A stretch of 20,000 nucleotides of DNA from an uncultured virus (IMG/VR IMGVR_UViG_3300050821_007680) (IMGVR_UViG_3300050821_007680), one strand, 5' to 3'. Positions 8,560 through 17,041 are shown, numbered from the stretch's first letter. The notes: generated from the letters alone by a model not told the origin. Numbers and translations are program-made.

Positions 8560-8775
8560 TTAAGATGCCTTTATATACTTTTTTAAAACCTTATAAAGCC
8601 AAAATGGCAAGTTGGTTTGCTTTTCTAAACCAAATCCATCATGATTTAAGCATTGGTATCTGAATCCATTTTGATTTATTGAATAATATCCAGGGCCACA
8701 ATAAACATGTAATTTATGTCTTGATTTAACAAAATCAAATTGATTTTTTGATAAAATCTTAACTGCTATTTTCAT
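8560..8775 (-). CDS. Hypothetical protein
   Basis: 71-aa ORF in the gene run. Confidence 0.6.
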   Translation of the reverse strand: MKIAVKILSKNQFDFVKSRHKLHVYCGPGYYSINQNGFRYQCLNHDGFGLEKQTNLPFWLYKVLKKYIKAS

Positions 8776-8803
8776 ATTTTTTTATTTAAAGTTCTTTTAT
8801 TTT

Positions 8804-8881
8804 TCATCTTTCACATTTTTTAATTAAGCAAAAACAACATACTGGGATGCTGAATATTGCATAGATTATTAGGATTATCAT
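8804..8881 (-). CDS. Possible 25-aa hydrophobic peptide (MIILIIYAIFSIPVCCFCLIKKCER)
   Basis: ATGA overlap with the upstream stop and it fills the gap, but it is very short. Confidence 0.35.
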   Translation of the reverse strand: MIILIIYAIFSIPVCCFCLIKKCER

Positions 8882-9360
8882 AGTTCTTTGATTTTTGAAA
8901 TGAGCTTTTTAATTGCCTTATTTATACCTTCATCGTATAACATAGAGTACTTTTGAGTAATTTCAGATTTCAGTATTTCCACCACCCGATCTTTTAACCA
9001 TGCTTGCTCTTGTTGTTTTTGCCAGTTTGCGCCAAATTCAGCCCCGCCAACAAACGCATCGTCTGTATCATCATAACTGCCATCCAGTTTAAATAGAAAG
9101 TCTTTGGCTGCAATCTTAATGTCTTTGACGTTTAAAGTAATACCGTCCAGCTCCACGCTTTCTTTTACCTGGACTTCAAAATTATCTTTAATAACTTTAA
9201 ATGTTTGAGGACTTGTCATTTTTTGTAAAAGAGGTAATGAGAGGCGGTATTTATCGAGCATGTCATCGCCGAATTGGTCTCGTGCATAAATTGCTACATA
9301 TCTCCCTTTCTCATCAGGGCTTAATGCTTCGTATTCTGTTGGGGTGAGGGTTGGTTTCAT
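8878..9360 (-). CDS. Hypothetical phage protein
   Basis: 160-aa ORF. The DAFVGGAEFGANWQKQQ segment resembles the AFxxGAxWQ motif common in small Bacteroidota phage proteins. Confidence 0.7.
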   Translation of the reverse strand: MKPTLTPTEYEALSPDEKGRYVAIYARDQFGDDMLDKYRLSLPLLQKMTSPQTFKVIKDNFEVQVKESVELDGITLNVKDIKIAAKDFLFKLDGSYDDTDDAFVGGAEFGANWQKQQEQAWLKDRVVEILKSEITQKYSMLYDEGINKAIKKLISKIKEL

Positions 9361-9366
9361 TTGATT

Positions 9367-9567
9367 TTATACATAGAAGTATGGTAAATAATCTTGTTGT
9401 ATGAATTTCGGATTACCGTTATTATCCATTAAACAATTATCATCTGGTGCATCGTACATTTCGTTTGCTGTGAAAATAACACCTTCTTTACCCCCTAAAT
9501 TTATCGTGACCTTGCACTTAATTCTGGAGTCTTTTTCTATCATTATTTTTCTTGATGGCCTTTTCAT
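9367..9567 (-). CDS. Hypothetical protein
   Basis: 66-aa ORF with an ATGA overlap. Confidence 0.6.
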   Translation of the reverse strand: MKRPSRKIMIEKDSRIKCKVTINLGGKEGVIFTANEMYDAPDDNCLMDNNGNPKFIQQDYLPYFYV

Positions 9568-9764
9568 TGCGTTATTATTTTAAAATGCCTCGGAGCGTCT
9601 ATTTGATTGTCCTTAAAAATTTGATTAACTAATGTCAATTCCGAAACATCACCCTTCAAAACAAACCAATTATTACCACCTTTATCTACGAATAGACGCG
9701 GGTTAATCATATTTAGGCCACTTCCCCAAGCATCCCAAATTAAAATCCAAATACCGTTCCCCAT
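9564..9764 (-). CDS. Hypothetical protein
   Basis: 66-aa ORF, tightly packed between neighbours. Confidence 0.55.
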   Translation of the reverse strand: MGNGIWILIWDAWGSGLNMINPRLFVDKGGNNWFVLKGDVSELTLVNQIFKDNQIDAPRHFKIITQ

Positions 9765-9765
9765 G

Positions 9766-9993
9766 CTATTTATAATTATCGTTTTTTATTTGAATTCCTT
9801 CCATTTCTTTAGCTATTGCCTGTATTAAATCCTTTGTTGCGAATAGAGATAGCTCGGTATCATCGGTTATCGCCATAAGAAGCGTCAAGTATGACTTGAA
9901 TAAGTCTTCGCCATGAAAAGCTGCTTTATGAATTTCTATTTTATCGTAGTAATCCATTTCTCTGTTTGCTGAAATTGTGTTTAATTCGCTCAT
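9766..9993 (-). CDS. Hypothetical protein
   Basis: 75-aa helical ORF. Confidence 0.6.
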   Translation of the reverse strand: MSELNTISANREMDYYDKIEIHKAAFHGEDLFKSYLTLLMAITDDTELSLFATKDLIQAIAKEMEGIQIKNDNYK

Positions 9994-9997
9994 ATTT

Positions 9998-10252
9998 TCA
10001 TTTCGTTAAATATTTTTCTACATTAATATTGGTTATGCTGGATTTGTCGACTATAGTTTTATATCTTGGGTTGACTGGAGCGATATCCTGAATATACTCG
10101 GTCTTTATGGTCGCCCTTTCCGCCGCATCTTCCAGCACTTGTTTTATTATGGTGGTGACTTCGGCTTTTGAATACATTTCGGCGGTTTTAAATGCTGCAT
10201 AATCTTTCATGCAATCAATTTGTTGCTGTGTTTGCTTATTTTCCATCATCAA
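9998..10252 (-). CDS. Hypothetical phage protein (start may be 10249 or 10246)
   Basis: The LEDAAERATIK...IVDKSSITN pattern is reminiscent of small Bacteroidota phage proteins. Confidence 0.65.
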   Translation of the reverse strand: MMMENKQTQQQIDCMKDYAAFKTAEMYSKAEVTTIIKQVLEDAAERATIKTEYIQDIAPVNPRYKTIVDKSSITNINVEKYLTK

Positions 10253-10433
10253 CTAATTTAATATTATCCTTAAAATAACTATAATCCGGTTCATCTTTTA
10301 TATCCAACCTGAACCAAAGCCCATCAGCTATTACTCTTTTTATTATTCCTTTTTTGCCAATTAAGTTTCTATTCGTACATCCATCAGGGAGGCTTATCAT
10401 CTCAACCAGGTTGCCTATTTCTTTACTTTCCAT
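10236..10433 (-). CDS. Hypothetical protein, possible SH3/KOW-like barrel
   Basis: IGNLVEM...LIGKKGIIKRV...FRLDI beta-strand pattern. Confidence 0.6.
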   Translation of the reverse strand: MESKEIGNLVEMISLPDGCTNRNLIGKKGIIKRVIADGLWFRLDIKDEPDYSYFKDNIKLVDDGK

Positions 10434-10647
10434 TATTTGATGTAGTTAAATTATCACGCATGTCACTGCTAAATTTCATGCCTTTTACAAATCCCTGCTT
10501 AAAGAATATATCGGTTAACTCTGTAAACAATTGGGCCTCGATCAATCCAATAATTAATTTTTGTTCATCTGTCCTAAATTTTAGGATTTCTTCGGTGCAT
10601 CTTGTGATAGCTTCATCAACAAGGTTATTTATTTTGTTACTTTCCAT
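10423..10647 (-). CDS. Hypothetical protein (MESNKINN...)
   Basis: ATG at 10647 is preferred over the ORF-track start at 10677 because it overlaps the end of the upstream 45-aa ORF. Confidence 0.6.
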   Translation of the reverse strand: MESNKINNLVDEAITRCTEEILKFRTDEQKLIIGLIEAQLFTELTDIFFKQGFVKGMKFSSDMRDNLTTSNNGK

Positions 10648-10774
10648 TGTCTTTCTTTTTCTTCGGTTTCCCCACATCTATCAACTCATTACAAACCGTG
10701 CAATAGGTGCGGATTTCGGTTTCTGTGCCGGATTGAACGGTTGTGGGGTGAGGGCAAATTTTGTTTTTACTCAT
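10637..10774 (-). CDS. Small Zn-ribbon-like protein, 45 aa ([45 protein letters not shown])
   Basis: CxH...CxxC motif and an ATGA overlap with the upstream gene. Confidence 0.6.
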   Translation of the reverse strand: MSKNKICPHPTTVQSGTETEIRTYCTVCNELIDVGKPKKKKDNGK

Positions 10775-11208
10775 ATTAATAGCAATTGCTTAAACCCGCC
10801 ATCTTTTATCTTTTCATAATACGTCTTTTTGCCATCTGTTAAATACGGGAAAAACAACTCCAGTGTATCAGCTTGTTCTAACCGTATCATTGTTAACTGA
10901 ATTTCAACCCAATCCGATATTATCTTCCATGCGGTTCTTTCCGCTTGTTCAAAACAAATTTCCAGACTTCTATTTGTAGGTTTTACATATTCGGCTAAAA
11001 ACAATTTTTCAATGGCTTCTTTTTTACATGGCAATTGAAACGTTAATTGCATGCCATTGCATGGCAAGATAAAGGCAATCCCTGAACATGTACCATTTTC
11101 ATCGTACCGCTTCATTATATCTCTTGCCCCGGCCAAAACCAAATTCTTTTCAATTTTTGCCATTGATACCGATGCGCTTACTGTTGATGAATAATTTTTA
11201 ATGTTCAT
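10771..11208 (-). CDS. Conserved phage protein of unknown function
   Basis: [19 protein letters not shown]...Y and [19 protein letters not shown]...Q....E.FFPY are the signature of a widespread phage hypothetical family. Confidence 0.75.
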   Translation of the reverse strand: MNIKNYSSTVSASVSMAKIEKNLVLAGARDIMKRYDENGTCSGIAFILPCNGMQLTFQLPCKKEAIEKLFLAEYVKPTNRSLEICFEQAERTAWKIISDWVEIQLTMIRLEQADTLELFFPYLTDGKKTYYEKIKDGGFKQLLLI

Positions 11209-11342
11209 TTTTACTTAGTTATTTTTATGCGGTTTTCATCATTAAAAATTAATTTTGACAAGTGCCGCTCAAATCAATCAAATGTGCCGTTCCTTATCCT
11301 ACTACCAAAAATAAAATTATCGTTTGAAATAGGCTATTTAAA

Positions 11343-11561
11343 TTACTTCCTGTAAAGGTAAACTTTGCCACATTGTTTGACATAAAAATTGTCCTTTTCA
11401 AGACCCGAATTAAAGAACCTTTCAACCTCTTTTTGCATCCGATCGATTGGTATATAATCAACCAGCCGGTTAATTGAAATCACTTTATATCTGAATGGCC
11501 TAACATCGCCTTTCTTTACATACGGGTGAAATACAACGATCAATTCTTTTTTGAGGTTCAT
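11343..11561 (-). CDS. Hypothetical protein
   Basis: 72-aa ORF with an ATGA overlap. Confidence 0.6.
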   Translation of the reverse strand: MNLKKELIVVFHPYVKKGDVRPFRYKVISINRLVDYIPIDRMQKEVERFFNSGLEKDNFYVKQCGKVYLYRK

Positions 11562-11896
11562 AACGGCAATGTATCTTCAAAGTGCAAATGTTGCTTCCCC
11601 TTAACCTTAATATCGCGCCCATTTTCACAAGACATGAATTTAATTCTTAGTCCAATGTTGTTACCTGGCCCCAGTTGATTATTCAACCAACCGATACAAT
11701 ACATTTCATCGTTACCATTCGAGTGGTGACACGCCATTGCATTGCCAATAGTAATATTTAAATCCTTTGCTATTGTGCATTCTAATGCCCTATGACGTTC
11801 AACTGAATATCCGTCCGGTATTGTATGCGGGTTAGTCGAAACTTTCCAGGGGCATTTTGCACATTGTACTATTCTATTTAATTGAAACTTTTTCAT
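11558..11896 (-). CDS. Cys/His-rich Zn-binding protein, DUF6283-like
   Basis: CAKCPW...MACHH...CIGWL motif pattern. Confidence 0.65.
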   Translation of the reverse strand: MKKFQLNRIVQCAKCPWKVSTNPHTIPDGYSVERHRALECTIAKDLNITIGNAMACHHSNGNDEMYCIGWLNNQLGPGNNIGLRIKFMSCENGRDIKVKGKQHLHFEDTLPL

Positions 11897-12081
11897 ATCT
11901 TCTCATCGCTAAACAACTCCGCATACTCCTTAACCATTGTAAAAAACATCGCATTTTCACCGATCGAATAATCATTAACATTATCGGCTAAGTACTGGCT
12001 GACAACCCGGACATCCTCTTTGCAGTTGATTGCGTCGAAGTAGTCGAATATTTCGTGCGGGGTGTAGGGTTTAAAGGTCAT
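11893..12081 (-). CDS. Hypothetical protein
   Basis: 62-aa ORF with ATGA overlaps on both sides. Confidence 0.6.
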   Translation of the reverse strand: MTFKPYTPHEIFDYFDAINCKEDVRVVSQYLADNVNDYSIGENAMFFTMVKEYAELFSDEKI

Positions 12082-12449
12082 ACTGGTATGTCAATAACGG
12101 GTAAAACGGCTAACCAGCCTTTTATTACAAGCAACCCGATTGCGCTAACAAACCATGATTTAATCAGGTCGCGAATTTTCTTGTTCCATATAAAGGATTG
12201 CTTTTCAAATTCAACCAAAATATCATAATCTTTATGCGGCCCGGTTATACACATCGTGCTATGATACAACTCGTAATTAGCCCAATGAATACTTTTCTTT
12301 ACGCCTAAATAATAGCAGAGAACAATATCCTCAAATAAAAGAGGTGTTTTATCTTTAACGCATTTACACATTGTCTGCAATAGCAATTCCTGACCCTTGG
12401 ACATTTCGCGCCTGCGTTGGTTGCTTATTATTAGCCCCGTTTCTTTCAT
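12078..12449 (-). CDS. Hypothetical phage protein (MKETGLIISNQ...)
   Basis: ATG 12449 overlaps the upstream TGA. Confidence 0.65.
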   Translation of the reverse strand: MKETGLIISNQRRREMSKGQELLLQTMCKCVKDKTPLLFEDIVLCYYLGVKKSIHWANYELYHSTMCITGPHKDYDILVEFEKQSFIWNKKIRDLIKSWFVSAIGLLVIKGWLAVLPVIDIPV

Positions 12450-12547
12450 AACCAAATTACAATTAACCCCACAACCGCCGCACCGACTAATATACCGGCG
12501 AAGAATGAGAGGGTGAGGTCGTGCGTGTAAGTGGATGTGTGTTTCAT
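12446..12547 (-). CDS. Small single-TM protein, 33 aa (MKHTSTYTHDLTLSFFAGILVGAAVVGLIVIWL)
   Basis: ATGA overlaps at both ends. Confidence 0.55.
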   Translation of the reverse strand: MKHTSTYTHDLTLSFFAGILVGAAVVGLIVIWL

Positions 12548-12864
12548 AATCCGTAACTTTCTCTTATTTCCACCATTTTTGCATTGTGAACATCCATTGC
12601 TTCCTTTCCGACCACCTTGCATAATTCAGAGCACGCATACCGCTGCTGTTCATTTACCACAAAATTCATTTGCTTCTGAAATAAAACATTTTGCTGGTGT
12701 AAATCTCGTGGTATTAACTTAGGGAGTGACTGCTGTTTTACAAATACCTTTAAATAAATATTAATCTTTGGTATTAAATCCTGCTTACTAATGTAGTTTT
12801 GACTTATAATTAATTCAGCTATTTTTTCAGCAACGCTTAAAGTTGTTATTTCTGAACCTTTCAT
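12544..12864 (-). CDS. Hypothetical protein (MKGSEITT...)
   Basis: ATG 12864 lies directly after the upstream TAA. Confidence 0.65.
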   Translation of the reverse strand: MKGSEITTLSVAEKIAELIISQNYISKQDLIPKINIYLKVFVKQQSLPKLIPRDLHQQNVLFQKQMNFVVNEQQRYACSELCKVVGKEAMDVHNAKMVEIRESYGL

Positions 12865-12865
12865 G

Positions 12866-12997
12866 TTAAACCTTATCAAAATGAATAACACCATTCATCG
12901 CCATTACCATTAAAATAGCCGCCATTATAATTGACAGGACTAAAAAGCCAAGCAGTTGTTTTTGATTTGTTGTGAGGTTTTTGTAGTAAGTTTTCAT
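12866..12997 (-). CDS. Small single-TM protein, 43 aa (MKTYYKNLTTNQKQLLGFLVLSIIMAAILMVMAMNGVIHFDKV)
   Basis: First gene downstream of the promoter at 13019-13049, with one TM helix. Confidence 0.6.
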   Translation of the reverse strand: MKTYYKNLTTNQKQLLGFLVLSIIMAAILMVMAMNGVIHFDKV

Positions 12998-13018
12998 ATC
13001 TCTTTGTTTTTGTTAAGT

Positions 13019-13049
13019 CAAATATAATAATTAATTGCGTATTGTCAAT
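13019..13049 (-). promoter_or_regulatory. Bacteroidota sigma70-type promoter (leftward)
   Basis: The minus strand reads ATTG-N19-TATATTTG, matching the -33 TTTG / -7 TAnnTTTG consensus with one mismatch. Confidence 0.65.
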
Positions 13050-13059
13050 AGTAATATTT

Positions 13060-13251
13060 CTATTTATTTATAACTTGTTGATTATCAGACAATTTATTTT
13101 CAATTACAAACTTTTGATAGCCTATATGAATGTATTCTCCACCATACATAGCATATATCGGGCAGTCGATCATTGGTATTTTTTTAGACTGCCTTACATT
13201 TTGTTGGCTTGTACGATGTTCGTTTGCGTATTGTTGGATTGTTTTTATCAT
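13060..13251 (-). CDS. Small putative HTH DNA-binding protein
   Basis: The N-terminal TIQQYANEHRTSQQNVRQ fits a helix-turn-helix pattern of the Xis/Cro-like kind. Confidence 0.45.
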   Translation of the reverse strand: MIKTIQQYANEHRTSQQNVRQSKKIPMIDCPIYAMYGGEYIHIGYQKFVIENKLSDNQQVINK

Positions 13252-13715
13252 GATTTTTTAATAAAGGAATTTCTAAATTGTTCCATTTTCTCAAATTCAA
13301 TAGGATAGGTTATTTTTTGCCAATTTCGTCTTTCGCTTTCATGGCGTTCAAAGGCATCTAAGTCAAATGACTTAAAGGCAAAATATCTCGCACCGCTTTC
13401 TTCAAATGTGCCATTTAATGAAAAATGGGTGTGATTTGGCCAACCGCCTTTTAATAATTTTGAAACTCCAATTCCGTAATGATTGGCAATTAAGAATTTA
13501 TTGCCCTGTTTGGTGGTAACCTCTATGGCTGGAATCAGTGAAAAATGATTACCATTCGATTTTACAAAATGGTCGTCTTTAAATGAGCCGTCTATTTCTT
13601 CTTTGGTATAGCATTCAAAATTATACCAGTATAACGGTTTTTCTGAATTTTCCTGTTGATTTACGTATCCAAACCTTACAGATACGGGGTCACCTTGCCA
13701 TTGATATTTTTTCAT
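13248..13715 (-). CDS. Hypothetical phage protein
   Basis: 155-aa ORF with ATGA overlaps. Confidence 0.7.
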   Translation of the reverse strand: MKKYQWQGDPVSVRFGYVNQQENSEKPLYWYNFECYTKEEIDGSFKDDHFVKSNGNHFSLIPAIEVTTKQGNKFLIANHYGIGVSKLLKGGWPNHTHFSLNGTFEESGARYFAFKSFDLDAFERHESERRNWQKITYPIEFEKMEQFRNSFIKKS

Positions 13716-13975
13716 GCTAAATCAATTGTATTAACGGGTTGAAATGGGCACCATGAACCAGGTTCTACCCCATCGCCCCAATTGTTAAGATTGCCGCTAA
13801 AGGATAATTTCATTGGTGGTTGCGGCGCGGATTCATGAATACAATCATCCCGATAAATTGGGTCATGTCCTGATTTTACCAAGCTATGTTTGTGGTATTT
13901 ACAACCCTGGCATGTTGTGTATATTTTTGCCGGACGCATTTCATTTTTCGGCCCCTCTTGATTTGGATAACTCAT
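13712..13975 (-). CDS. Putative Zn-binding hypothetical protein
   Basis: CQGCKY...C.H...PGSWCPF four-Cys pattern. Confidence 0.65.
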   Translation of the reverse strand: MSYPNQEGPKNEMRPAKIYTTCQGCKYHKHSLVKSGHDPIYRDDCIHESAPQPPMKLSFSGNLNNWGDGVEPGSWCPFQPVNTIDLA

Positions 13976-13990
13976 TTTATGATTGTTTTA

Positions 13991-14002
13991 TGTCAATTGA
14001 CA
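13991..14002. promoter_or_regulatory. Perfect 12-bp palindrome TGTCAATTGACA, putative operator
   Basis: Overlaps the -7 box and expected start site of the leftward promoter. Confidence 0.5.
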
Positions 14003-14031
14003 AAGGTAGTAATTTTGTTTATAATATCAAA
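14001..14031 (-). promoter_or_regulatory. Bacteroidota sigma70-type promoter driving the minus-strand block
   Basis: The minus strand reads TTTG-N19-TACCTTTG, an exact consensus match, 25 nt upstream of ATG 13975. Confidence 0.75.
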
Positions 14032-14043
14032 CAACTATTTATT

Positions 14044-14051
14044 TATATTTG
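14044..14051 (+). promoter_or_regulatory. Possible -7 box (TATATTTG) of a divergent rightward promoter
   Basis: TAnnTTTG match 3 nt before ATG 14055, which would give a near-leaderless mRNA. There is no well-spaced -33 box. Confidence 0.4.
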
Positions 14052-14054
14052 AAC

Positions 14055-16733
14055 ATGAGAAAATTCCTACTCCCTATCCTCTTATTACTAAGCCTTTCCG
14101 GGCTGGCGCAAACACTACAGGTCAATCCGATATTTAAAACCTTTTCACCACAACCAACCATAACGGATAGTCTGTTTGTTACGTGGACGGGCAAGCCGGA
14201 TGGATATTCGAAGTTTTATACGCAACATTGGATAAATGGATTAGGTGCTGGATATTTTAAAATCAGCAACAACTTATTCGAATCAACAAACTTCCCGCAA
14301 CTACGCACAAACATAGGTTTAGGCACGGGTAGCGACGTCACATTTAAGACACTTTCATTCACCGCCTTATTTCATAATTCAAGCCCGGCGACTGAATTTT
14401 TAACACTTGACGGATCGGGGAGGATAACGAGCAGGTTAATTTCGGAGGTATTAAGCGACATAGGGGCTGAAGCTGTTACTAACAAAACAGCAACAGCTTC
14501 AAGTAATACAACAACCTACCCTAATTGGAGTGGTCTAAGTATATTAAATGCTCTAAATGTTAAATATACTGATACAGCAGTCGCGCTTGGTAATTATATT
14601 CCGAAATATGTAAATAGTATTATACCATCCCAAAAGTCATTCCAGGCCACACAAACTTTTTTCGGAAATATTACAACTGAACCAGCAAACGGTTTTAATG
14701 GCAAGGCCGTTGTTTATAACGATCAAAATGGGTGGACAAACTTAGAAATTGATAACCCAAATTCTGGCAATGGAACAAATGCAAGGGCTGGATTGGTAAT
14801 AAGAGGAAGCCGTAGACCAGATATAGATGGGGGCACAAATCACAGGTATCTCCAATTAACACTGGAAGACACCTTGTTTGATAAGACGGTAAGAGATAAA
14901 GTAGTGTTAGCAGCTGGTGGTGCCGTTACGAATGGTATAATGATATACGCCGATGCAGGTGGAACCAATGCGGGTATCTTATTATCTACCACAAAACCAG
15001 ATAGTGTATATAATGGCTTAATAAAGTATAATCCGGATTTATATATCCCTGGTGGCCCAATTAAGGGATCTGACGCTTATAAGGCGTTAGGCATAGGAAT
15101 GGGAACGTATAAACCCAATATTACCGGAATGGAGAAAGCCATTACTATTGTTACAGATAGCGTAAGCAATTTAAACGGGACAAAGGGAATTGCCTTAGAG
15201 CTTGTCAATGCAAAAGCAACAACCTCAGGCGTTACAGTAGCATCAATTATAGGATATGCTGATACTCTTTCGAATGCAAAAATTACGCGAATTGATATGG
15301 TGACTGCCGGAACGACTAAGAACACTGGTAAAACAATTATCTCAAACTATAATGCAGGGGTAAAAACCGTAGCGTTAACACTATTACCAAATGGAACTAT
15401 TGCGCCTGGGGCGACTGCTGTGGCATTAAGTACCGATAGTTTATATGCCTCGCATGGAGGTATTTTAGGCAAAGAACCGGCAAGTGGATTAACAGCCGGC
15501 ACCGCAACAGCTTTAGCAACAGCTCGAACCATATCTATCACGGGTGATTTATCTTATACAAGCCCTTCTTTTGATGGAAGCGCGAACATCACAGCTGCAG
15601 GTACATTGGCTACGGTGAACTCAAATACGGGTTCTTTTGGATCATCAACCGCTATACCAACTATTACAGTTAATGGGAAAGGATTAATTACCTCGGTATC
15701 AACAAATGCAGTCATAGCACCAGCCGGGACATTAACTGGTACCGCATTGCCAGTTGGAATAACATCGGCACCAGGATTAACAAGTGTATCAGGCGGTACT
15801 TTTGGAACAAATGCTTTTAATTCAATAGCATACCTGCCAATAGCAGCCGGGAGTGGCAATCCATTAAGCAATGCGGTATTTACAGCAGGCTCTTCGGTTA
15901 CAAGTTCAGCATCTCAAACAAACATAAGCGCATATACTTCCAATGGATTACGAATTAACGGCAACGGTTCAGCAGCATCACAAGACGCTATTTCATATCT
16001 CGGGTTTGGCTCAACAGCGGGGGGTGCGGCAATAAGCTTTAGACGCGGTACTGGATATGATACCTATATTGATTGGTCAACAAATAACACTTCTACACAA
16101 GGAGCTATTACTCGTCAAGCTACATTAGATAACCTCGGTAATTTTAGTCTATTAAATGGAGCTTATTCAGGATTGGCGACTAATTTAACGGGAACAGCAT
16201 CGGGTTTAAATGTTGGGGGCACAGCTAATAACATTACTGCCTATACTATCAATCAGAATTTAGGTACATCTAACTCACCAACTTTTGGAGGGGGCACCTA
16301 CACTGGGGATTTAACAATTTATAGAAGCGGTAGTCCTACGGTTTCGGTATTATTCATGAATCAAGCGCAAACAGCATATTTAGAAAATACTTCAAGTGGA
16401 TTTAGTTTTAATGGTGGAAGTCTTACGGCATCAGCTTTCGTAACATCTGGTGGAACAGCAGCTAAAGTTGTATTGGGCGATGGGACATTAGGGGTATATA
16501 ACGGAGCGTTATTGCATGGTAATTCAACTACTACTGGAACAGCAACATCAGCTGTAACTGTAACAATAGGCAGTACAATGGCTAACACTAATTATTTTGT
16601 CACAATCACGCCTCAGGATTTATTAACGGCTGTTAATTATTATGTTAGCGCCAAAACAACAACAACGTTTACTATTACTTTTGTAACAGCTTTAACTGGA
16701 AGTATAAACTTTGATTGGGGCGTAACACCATAA
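14055..16733 (+). CDS. Tail-fibre / adhesin-like protein with N-terminal Sec signal peptide (892 aa)
   Basis: MRKFLLPILLLLSLSGLA|Q signal peptide. Fibre-shaft motifs ATALATARTISITGDL..SFDGSANIT and TITVNGKGLITS. Thr/Gly/Ser-rich body with a C-terminal beta-sandwich (VTIGSTMANTNYFVTIT...KTTTTFTI...FDW). Confidence 0.7.
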   Translation: MRKFLLPILLLLSLSGLAQTLQVNPIFKTFSPQPTITDSLFVTWTGKPDGYSKFYTQHWINGLGAGYFKISNNLFESTNFPQLRTNIGLGTGSDVTFKTLSFTALFHNSSPATEFLTLDGSGRITSRLISEVLSDIGAEAVTNKTATASSNTTTYPNWSGLSILNALNVKYTDTAVALGNYIPKYVNSIIPSQKSFQATQTFFGNITTEPANGFNGKAVVYNDQNGWTNLEIDNPNSGNGTNARAGLVIRGSRRPDIDGGTNHRYLQLTLEDTLFDKTVRDKVVLAAGGAVTNGIMIYADAGGTNAGILLSTTKPDSVYNGLIKYNPDLYIPGGPIKGSDAYKALGIGMGTYKPNITGMEKAITIVTDSVSNLNGTKGIALELVNAKATTSGVTVASIIGYADTLSNAKITRIDMVTAGTTKNTGKTIISNYNAGVKTVALTLLPNGTIAPGATAVALSTDSLYASHGGILGKEPASGLTAGTATALATARTISITGDLSYTSPSFDGSANITAAGTLATVNSNTGSFGSSTAIPTITVNGKGLITSVSTNAVIAPAGTLTGTALPVGITSAPGLTSVSGGTFGTNAFNSIAYLPIAAGSGNPLSNAVFTAGSSVTSSASQTNISAYTSNGLRINGNGSAASQDAISYLGFGSTAGGAAISFRRGTGYDTYIDWSTNNTSTQGAITRQATLDNLGNFSLLNGAYSGLATNLTGTASGLNVGGTANNITAYTINQNLGTSNSPTFGGGTYTGDLTIYRSGSPTVSVLFMNQAQTAYLENTSSGFSFNGGSLTASAFVTSGGTAAKVVLGDGTLGVYNGALLHGNSTTTGTATSAVTVTIGSTMANTNYFVTITPQDLLTAVNYYVSAKTTTTFTITFVTALTGSINFDWGVTP

Positions 16734-16765
16734 TTTTGAAGGAATAGTTCAGCAAATAAATTAAC

Positions 16766-16834
16766 ATGAAATATTTAAAAGCACTTTATTATCTCATTTT
16801 TCATCCCGAATATTTTGAGTTTTGGGATATTTAA
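16766..16834 (+). CDS. Possible 22-aa peptide (MKYLKALYYLIFHPEYFEFWDI)
   Basis: ATG after an A-rich leader, and it fills the intergenic gap, but it is very short. Confidence 0.3.
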   Translation: MKYLKALYYLIFHPEYFEFWDI

Positions 16835-16846
16835 AATTAACAAGCA

Positions 16847-17041
16847 ATGACCATAAAAGAAACAGCAGCGCACCTATTGAGGCTTGGCGCACAAGAATTA
16901 AATGACCTGGCCGCCGAATTAGAGGCGCAAGCACCGGGTAAACTGAAGGTAATGCCATTATCCGGCGGCGGGGATGGTGATAATGACGCGGACGATGGCG
17001 GCATTGGGCAGGACAACCCGACTAACCCCAACGATGTATGA
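16847..17041 (+). CDS. Small protein with a helical N-terminus and Gly/Asp/Asn/Pro-rich tail
   Basis: 64 aa, with an ATGA overlap with the downstream membrane gene. Confidence 0.7.
   Translation: MTIKETAAHLLRLGAQELNDLAAELEAQAPGKLKVMPLSGGGDGDNDADDGGIGQDNPTNPNDV

Noticed and set aside
6707..14050. Invertible (shufflon-like) segment explaining the orientation of the accessory block
   Set aside because: I found no inverted repeats at the boundaries and no recombinase in the window.
15077..17031. Minus-strand ORFs opposite the fibre gene and the 64-aa gene
   Set aside because: They are antisense artefacts of Thr/Gly/Ala-rich codons.
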